Source: Acidobacteriota bacterium (GTDB taxonomy: Bacteria > Acidobacteriota > Thermoanaerobaculia > Multivoradales > UBA5704). From it: a stretch of 64,000 bases of DNA. This document shows, piece after piece, positions 58,084 to 64,000 of the stretch (position 1 is the first letter of the stretch; each line of letters starts with the position of its first letter). The stretch spans positions 20,405 to 84,404 of the forward strand of contig JBKPTH010000056.1 of NCBI GenBank assembly GCA_046765915.1, in the 5' to 3' direction. The notes under the pieces were generated by a model. That model searched no databases. It worked only from the letters and a program-made list of their open reading frames with translations, and was not told the origin of the DNA. The position numbers and the translations under genes are program-made.

Positions 58084-60279
58084 ATGGACGTCCGCCTGCC
58101 CCGCAGCGTTCCCATCCTGGTCGCGGTCCCCCTTTTGCTCGCCGGCGCCGCGACTGCGGCCTCGCCCAGCGTCCTGCGGCTGCTGACCGCTCTGGGGCTG
58201 CTCCTGGGTCTCGGTGCGGCGGCCTCGAGGATCTCGCGGTGGCTGCTGCCGGGCCTCTCCGTTCCTTCGCGCATCGCTTCGAGCCTCGTGTTCGCGGCGG
58301 CGATGATCGTGGTGCCGGCGACCATCCTCGGCCACTGGGGTTTCCTCGAGCCGCGATTGTTCCTGGCGATCGAGGCCCTCCTGATCGCCGCCGCCCTCGC
58401 GCTGAGAGTCCCTGAAAGATCGTCGGCGCCAACGGGGACCATCGCGGCGGTGGCTGAGGGCGTCCCGAAATGGCTGAGACGCACCGAAGCGGCCATCCTG
58501 GTGACGGCCGCCGCCGCCGCTGCTCTGAGCTTCCTTTCCTACGCCGCTCAAACCGAGCTCTACGCGCCGCCCGGCAAGCTCGACGATCCCTCCTATCACC
58601 TCTCGGCGGTGGCGGTGTGGAATCGCCATCACGATCTGCGCATGATCAAGTTCGACGCCGGGGACCAGAGCACCGCTTTCTATCCGATCGGCGGCGAGCT
58701 CATCGATTGGGCGCTGCTCGCTCCGCTGCGCGACAGCGATTTCCTCGTGCGCTGGAGCCAGGTGCCGTTCGCGCTCGGCTCGCTGGCGGCGATGGCCGCG
58801 ATCGCGCTTCACCTGGGGCTCTCTGGCCATTCGACGCTGCTCGCAGCCCTCCTTTACCTGACCGTCGGCCGCGCCTTCCCGGGGTTGATGTTCAGCGCCG
58901 GCAACGACCACGTCACCGCCTTCTACGTCCTGGCCGCCGTCGATGCGGCGCTCGTCTTCGCGGCATCCCGCGCCATGGGAGGCGCCGTCTACGCCGGCCT
59001 GGGGCTCGGTCTCCTCGTCGGCACGAAGTACATCGGGCTGATGTGCGCGTTGCCGTTGCTGGTCTTGCTGGCCGTCGCTGCCCTGCGTCGGCCTTTCCGC
59101 ATCGTCCCGATCGCGGGCCTCTGCGGCAGCGCCGCGCTCGCGGGCGCCTACACCTATCTCCGCAACACCTGGAGTGTCGGCAACCCGGTCTTCCCGGTCC
59201 CCATCCCATCCCTCGGGCTTCCCGGCTGGGCGGAGGTGACGTTGGCGGTGCGCCGCCACCTGCCTGATTTCCAGATCGACGTACGGCATTTCCTTCTCGT
59301 TCGCACCGACTACTTCGGACATCTCTTTCGCTTGACCATGTTGCCGGCCGCCGTGCTCGCGCCCGTGGTCTCGCTGCTGCGGCCCGGAGAAGCGTGGCGG
59401 AAGATCATCCGCACTCTGGTGCTCAGCCTGCCGGTGGTTTTCTTCCTCCAGTTCCTCTTCTGGATGCACGATCATCGTGACATCCGTTATTTCCTCGCCG
59501 GCATCGCGCTGACCGCCGTCGCCTTCGGCTGGCTGCTCGAGGTCCTGGCCGAGCGCTGGCCTCTGATCGCGCCGCTGGTGCGCGGAGCGCTGGCCTGTCT
59601 GATCTCCTACAAATTCATCCACACCGACGAAACCTCCATGATGCGCGAGGTGACGACCGGAGCGGTGCTTCTTGGCGCCGGCTTGGCGGGGTTCGCCCTG
59701 TGGCCGGGACTGCGGCGGCGGATCTCTGAGCAGCGGCTCGCCTTCACCGTGCTGGCCTGCGGAGCCGCCGTTCTCGCCGCAGTCGGTTTGGCAGGGACGC
59801 TGGCGAAATATCAGGAAAGGAAATACCACGATAACCCACTGATCGGATATCTCGAAGAGAACGGCGGCCAGGACGGCGTCCGTATCGCCTACGTCGGCGG
59901 CAACCGTCCGTATCCGCTGTTCGGCAGCAGGCTGCAGAACCACGTGGAGATCGTCCCCTTGACAGGCCGCCTGGAAAATCGTTTCTATCGGTGGGGCGAT
60001 ACCGCGGATTTTCCCTTCAATTCCGAAAACTACCGGCTATGGAAGAAGAACCTACACGAGTTGGGCATCGATTACGTTGCGGTCGCACTGGGGGATCAGC
60101 AGGACCCCGAGCGGAGCTGGATGCGGAGGCACCCACGGGATTTCGCACCTGTGCTCGAGATCGCCTCGACGGAGGTGTGGCGGGTTCGAGAACCGGCGGG
60201 CCCTCGCCGCAAAGGGACGACAAGGATGAAAAGGACACCAACGACAGGAGAGGCTGACTTATCCTTGGCGTCCTTGTAA
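58084..60279 (+). CDS. Multi-TM GT-C (ArnT/PMT-like) glycosyltransferase-like membrane protein
   Basis: DDPSYHL, FYP, GTKY, RN..GNPVFP, RY motifs; many TM helices. Confidence 0.72.
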   Translation: MDVRLPRSVPILVAVPLLLAGAATAASPSVLRLLTALGLLLGLGAAASRISRWLLPGLSVPSRIASSLVFAAAMIVVPATILGHWGFLEPRLFLAIEALLIAAALALRVPERSSAPTGTIAAVAEGVPKWLRRTEAAILVTAAAAAALSFLSYAAQTELYAPPGKLDDPSYHLSAVAVWNRHHDLRMIKFDAGDQSTAFYPIGGELIDWALLAPLRDSDFLVRWSQVPFALGSLAAMAAIALHLGLSGHSTLLAALLYLTVGRAFPGLMFSAGNDHVTAFYVLAAVDAALVFAASRAMGGAVYAGLGLGLLVGTKYIGLMCALPLLVLLAVAALRRPFRIVPIAGLCGSAALAGAYTYLRNTWSVGNPVFPVPIPSLGLPGWAEVTLAVRRHLPDFQIDVRHFLLVRTDYFGHLFRLTMLPAAVLAPVVSLLRPGEAWRKIIRTLVLSLPVVFFLQFLFWMHDHRDIRYFLAGIALTAVAFGWLLEVLAERWPLIAPLVRGALACLISYKFIHTDETSMMREVTTGAVLLGAGLAGFALWPGLRRRISEQRLAFTVLACGAAVLAAVGLAGTLAKYQERKYHDNPLIGYLEENGGQDGVRIAYVGGNRPYPLFGSRLQNHVEIVPLTGRLENRFYRWGDTADFPFNSENYRLWKKNLHELGIDYVAVALGDQQDPERSWMRRHPRDFAPVLEIASTEVWRVREPAGPRRKGTTRMKRTPTTGEADLSLASL

Positions 60280-60295
60280 TCCTTTACGTCCCTTC
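60211..60295. repeat. Inverted 9-bp-period AAGGAY element overlapping two convergent gene ends
   Basis: aaagggacg/acaaggatg/aaaaggaca faces atccttggc/gtccttgta/atcctttac/gtccctt. Confidence 0.7.
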
Positions 60296-61519
60296 CGCGT
60301 CCGCCGCCTCCTCCGGCATCCCCACGGTCACCCGCAATTCCTCCGGCCGCACGTGCCGGCGCGCCGCCTCCTCCACCGCCGGGCGGTCCAGGGCTTCCAG
60401 CTCGGCCTTGCGCTGCGCGAAATCGTCCGCGGGAACTCCGTACTCCTCGGCTTCGATGAGCAGGTCGGCCCACTGGCGGGCGGTCTCGCGGCGGAAGGGC
60501 TCGCGGCCGAGCAGGTAGGCGCGGGCCTCCTGCAACTCCACCTCCTCGATGCCGTCCTCGACCAGGCGCGCGATCTCCTCGGCGACGCCGCGCTCGGCTT
60601 GCTCGACGGTGGCCGGCGAGGTGGCGACGTAGGCCACGAGGCGGCCGCGGTCGAGCCCGGAGCCGGCCACGGTCTGCGCGTATGCCGTGTAGGCGAGCCC
60701 CTCCTTCTCGCGAATGCGGGCGGGGATGCGCCCGGTCAGCCCCGCGCCCGAGCCGAGGATCACGGCGAGCACCTCCAGCGCGGCGTAGTCCGGGTGGCGG
60801 CGCGGCACGGTGAGATGGCCGGCGTAGAGGTGCGCCTGGTCCTCGGCCTCGGTGCCGACGACGCTGCGCCGAGCGGCGCCCACGGGCGCGGGCGGTTCGG
60901 GAAAGGGCTCGGCGTCCGCGGCGGCTTCGCCGAGCAGCCGCCGCAGCCGCTCGCTCACGGCATCCTCGTCGAGGACTCCGGTCACCGCGGCGATGAGGCG
61001 GTGGGCGCGGGCACGCTGGTGGAAGGCGGCGCAATCCGCGGGCGTGAGAGCGAGCAGGCTTTCGCGGCTGCCCTGGAGAGGCCGGCTGCGCGGATGCGGC
61101 GCGTAGAGCTGCTCGAGGAAGCTCCACGCCGTCTTCATCTCCGGCTGGTCCGCCAGGCTCTCCAGCTCGGCGGCGGCCTGGCGCGCGATCCAGGCGCAGC
61201 GGTCTTCGGGAAAGGCGGATTCCAGCAGCAGCTCGGCCGCCCACTCCAGGGCCAGCTCCCAGTCCTGCGCCAGCGCGTCGACCGAGACCCCGACGCTCTC
61301 GAAGTTGCCGCTGCTCTGCAGGATCATGCCCCGGGCTTCCGCCTCCTCGGCGATGCGCCGCCAGCTCCGCGTGCGGGTGCCTTCCGTGAGCATGCGGCCC
61401 GTCACCAGGGCCTGGCCAGGGATGGGCTCCTGCCGCCCTCCCGCCTGCAGCCAGAGGCGGACGGCGACGACCGGCGCTCCCTCGACGCGCCGCACCCGGA
61501 AAATCGGTTCGTTCCCCAT
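60284..61519 (-). CDS. M16 peptidase, non-catalytic subunit
   Basis: MLTEGT, no HxxEH, IREKEGLAY; ATG overlaps upstream stop. Confidence 0.88.
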   Translation of the reverse strand: MGNEPIFRVRRVEGAPVVAVRLWLQAGGRQEPIPGQALVTGRMLTEGTRTRSWRRIAEEAEARGMILQSSGNFESVGVSVDALAQDWELALEWAAELLLESAFPEDRCAWIARQAAAELESLADQPEMKTAWSFLEQLYAPHPRSRPLQGSRESLLALTPADCAAFHQRARAHRLIAAVTGVLDEDAVSERLRRLLGEAAADAEPFPEPPAPVGAARRSVVGTEAEDQAHLYAGHLTVPRRHPDYAALEVLAVILGSGAGLTGRIPARIREKEGLAYTAYAQTVAGSGLDRGRLVAYVATSPATVEQAERGVAEEIARLVEDGIEEVELQEARAYLLGREPFRRETARQWADLLIEAEEYGVPADDFAQRKAELEALDRPAVEEAARRHVRPEELRVTVGMPEEAADAEGT

Positions 61520-62835
61520 CACGGTTTCGGCAACGACCAGCCGATCACGCCGCCGCGCTCGGGGCGGAGATAAAGGTCGGCGACTTCGAGGAGGTGGCCG
61601 GCGCCGGCGGCGAGCAGACGCTCGAGGTGGAGGTCGAGATGCTCGAGGTCGAAGAGACCGAGGGCGATGCCGACGGAGAGCGCCTGCTGATGGACCTTCT
61701 CGTGACCGAACACCCAGTCCGCGGCGGCGATCTGGCGGCAGCGCTCCAGCTCCTCCTCGTCCGGAGGACGGCGCCGGAGGTCCTCCAGCAGCTCGAGCAC
61801 GCGGGCTTCCACCCGCGCCGGCTCGACGCCGGGCACGACCTCGGCGGCGATGGTCATCATGCTGGCGTCCAGGCCCTCCGAGAGATCCGCCACCACCCAC
61901 ACGCAGAGCTGCTCCTCCTCGACCAGCGTGTGCTGGAGGCGGCTCGTGCGCCCGCCGCCGAGCACGACGGAGGCCAGGCGCAGCGGCGCGTGGTCGGGAT
62001 GGGAGCCGTGGGGCGCGGGCAACGCCAGCAGCAGGCGCGCCACCTCGCCCTTGTGCCGCTCCAGCCTCTCCAGGGAAGCGGGCCGTGCCGCGGGCGGCGT
62101 GAAACCATGGCGAGGCTCGGCGCCGGCCGGCAGGGTCCCCATCGTCCGCTCGACCGCCGCCAGCGCGTCCTCGTCGAGATCGCCCGCCACCACCAGCACG
62201 GCGTTGTCCGGCCGGTAGAAGCGCCGGTGGAAATCGCGCAGGGCCTCGGCGCCGGTGGCCAGCAGCTCCTCGCGGGTGCCGAGCACCTGCCGGCCGTAGT
62301 CGTGGCCGGCGAAGAGCCTGGCGTGCACCGCCATTTCGAGGGAATCCCAGGGCTCGCTCTCGTACATGGCGATCTCTTCCAGGATCACCTGCCGCTCGCT
62401 CGCCACCTGCTCCGGATCGAGGGTGAGATGGGCCGCGCGGTCCGCTTCGATGGCCAGGGCCTCCGTCCAGCGGTCGGCGGCGAAGTTGAAGTAATAGACC
62501 GTGGCGTCATGGCTGGTGAAGGCGTTGTTGGAGCCGCCCAGCGCCTGGGTGAGCCGGTCGATCTCCCCCGGGCCGAAGCGCGCCGAGCCCTTGAACATCA
62601 TGTGCTCGAGGAAGTGCGCGGCGCCGCCGTGCCCCGCCGGCTCGTCGCGGGTGCCGGCGCGGTAGACGAGGGTGGTGGTGACGATGGGCGCCTGCGGATT
62701 GGCGAGCAGGCAGACGGTGAGGCCGTTCTCCAGCCGCTCCACCCGCAGCCTCCCGGGCAGGGATTTGAGGGCCGACGGCGCCTCCAGCACGGCGACGTGC
62801 GGATGGCCGCCCCATATGCCGGCGCCCTTACTCAC
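61519..62835 (-). CDS. M16 zinc peptidase, catalytic subunit
   Basis: GAAHFLEHMMFKGS (HxxEH), NAFTSHD, FYRPDNAVL. Confidence 0.93.
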   Translation of the reverse strand: MSKGAGIWGGHPHVAVLEAPSALKSLPGRLRVERLENGLTVCLLANPQAPIVTTTLVYRAGTRDEPAGHGGAAHFLEHMMFKGSARFGPGEIDRLTQALGGSNNAFTSHDATVYYFNFAADRWTEALAIEADRAAHLTLDPEQVASERQVILEEIAMYESEPWDSLEMAVHARLFAGHDYGRQVLGTREELLATGAEALRDFHRRFYRPDNAVLVVAGDLDEDALAAVERTMGTLPAGAEPRHGFTPPAARPASLERLERHKGEVARLLLALPAPHGSHPDHAPLRLASVVLGGGRTSRLQHTLVEEEQLCVWVVADLSEGLDASMMTIAAEVVPGVEPARVEARVLELLEDLRRRPPDEEELERCRQIAAADWVFGHEKVHQQALSVGIALGLFDLEHLDLHLERLLAAGAGHLLEVADLYLRPERGGVIGWSLPKP

Positions 62836-64000
62836 CGCCGCCTCCCGGCACCAGGGTCACGTCGATGCGATCGCGCTCCTTCTCGGCTGTCGCCACCACC
62901 TCGACGGAGATGTCCCGCTGGCGGAAGCCCGGCGAGGTCAGCGAGATCCTGTGCTTTCCCGGCGACAGCTCCAGCCATTCGCCCCTCCCGCGCAGCAGGC
63001 GGCCGCCGGAGAACCGCCTGGCCGGCCCCATCGGCTGGCCGTCCACCAGCACCTCGGCCCCGGGCGGTTGCACGCGGAAGGCCACCGCTTCGCGCACCCG
63101 CACGGTCTGCAGATCCGTGACGTCCGTCTCGGTGGCCGCCAGCGGCTCCAGACGTGCGGAGATAGGCGTCGTGCCGCCGGTGGCGCCCGCCTCGACGGCG
63201 ATCCGGAGGTCCTTCATGCCGGGCTTCCTGAGCTTCACCAGATAGCTGCCGGGACCGGGGAAGGTGTAGGTCTGCTTGCCCTTCAGGCCGCTGTAGTCCT
63301 GCGCCTGGCCGATCACCGTGCGGTCCACGAGGACGAAGGCGTCCGGCGGCGACACGCGGAAGGCCACCTGGAGGCCGGTGCGGAGGGAACGGTCCGCGTC
63401 CACGGCAGCCGGCGCCGGGGCGGGGGCCGGCTCGGGCTCGCGCGCCGACGGCTCCGGCTCGGCGGGCTGGCCGCTGGGAGGCTCGGGAGGCCGGCTCGCC
63501 ACTCCGGGTTGAGCGGGGGATGGAGCGGGAGGCGTCGCGGTGCCCTTCGCGGTTCCGCTCGCCGGCGGCCGGGTTTCCTGCTTCACCGCAGGCCCCGGCT
63601 GGGTCGGGACCTGGGCCGGGGTCTGCGACGGCGGAGACGAAGGAGTCGGAGACGCGGTTCCCATAGCGCCGTCCGGAGTTGCGGGTAGCGCCGGAGCCGG
63701 AGCGGACTGCGCCGTCTGCGGCGCGGCCTCGGGCTGGTTGCGCGGCCGCAGGAACAGGAACCACGCCCCTGCTCCGGCCGCCACCAGCAGCACCGCCGCG
63801 ATGGGGATCACGACCCAGAAGGCGGAGCGGCGGGAGGTCGCCACGGGAGCCGGAGCCATCGGGGGCGGCGGCGTCATGGGCAGCGGCGGCGGTACGCTCG
63901 GGGTCGTCGGCGGCGAAGCCGGCACGGTGCCGCGGGTCGAGCGGAAGGCCGGCGGAGGCGGCGGCATGGCGGGCGCGGTGCCGGCGGCGCTCTGCCGCGG
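62828..64000 (-). CDS. Pro-rich membrane-anchored PEGA-domain protein, 5' end outside window (possibly C-terminus of a Ser/Thr kinase)
   Basis: One TM, Pro-rich linkers, two PEGA-like repeats (VSPPDAFVLVD, VQPPGAEVLVDG..PGKHRI). Confidence 0.7.
   Translation of the reverse strand, partial: PRQSAAGTAPAMPPPPPAFRSTRGTVPASPPTTPSVPPPLPMTPPPPMAPAPVATSRRSAFWVVIPIAAVLLVAAGAGAWFLFLRPRNQPEAAPQTAQSAPAPALPATPDGAMGTASPTPSSPPSQTPAQVPTQPGPAVKQETRPPASGTAKGTATPPAPSPAQPGVASRPPEPPSGQPAEPEPSAREPEPAPAPAPAAVDADRSLRTGLQVAFRVSPPDAFVLVDRTVIGQAQDYSGLKGKQTYTFPGPGSYLVKLRKPGMKDLRIAVEAGATGGTTPISARLEPLAATETDVTDLQTVRVREAVAFRVQPPGAEVLVDGQPMGPARRFSGGRLLRGRGEWLELSPGKHRISLTSPGFRQRDISVEVVATAEKERDRIDVTLVPGGGGE

Overview
High-GC bacterial chromosome segment; gene content and repeat style suggest Acidobacteriota (Thermoanaerobaculia-like), which is an inference. 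The core genes are two crotonases, a kynureninase-like enzyme, rplU-rpmA-obgE-nadD-rsfS, hsp20, a peptide ABC module, queA, larE/larB, gcvTHP and an M16 peptidase pair. Two lower-GC patchwork islands (about 3.6-6.7 kb and 30.3-35.75 kb) contain toxin-antitoxin genes and fragments, integron attC-like sites without an integrase, duplicated gene pieces, and ~20-21 bp periodic palindrome arrays. The second island also holds a coupled operon of a 2TM protein, a HIRAN-like protein and a DUF4417-like protein, a candidate defence or DNA-modification system. The most unusual locus is a 14.4 kb lipid/polyketide operon: acyl-CoA dehydrogenase, a KS-AT-KS-ACP-ACP-KR-DH megasynthase whose two carrier domains have Thr at the phosphopantetheine Ser position, a multidomain carboxyltransferase with no biotin carboxylase domain, and its own PPTase. 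Several families of palindromic REP-like repeats occur, some in-frame inside genes. All family assignments come from motif recognition by eye; no searches were run.
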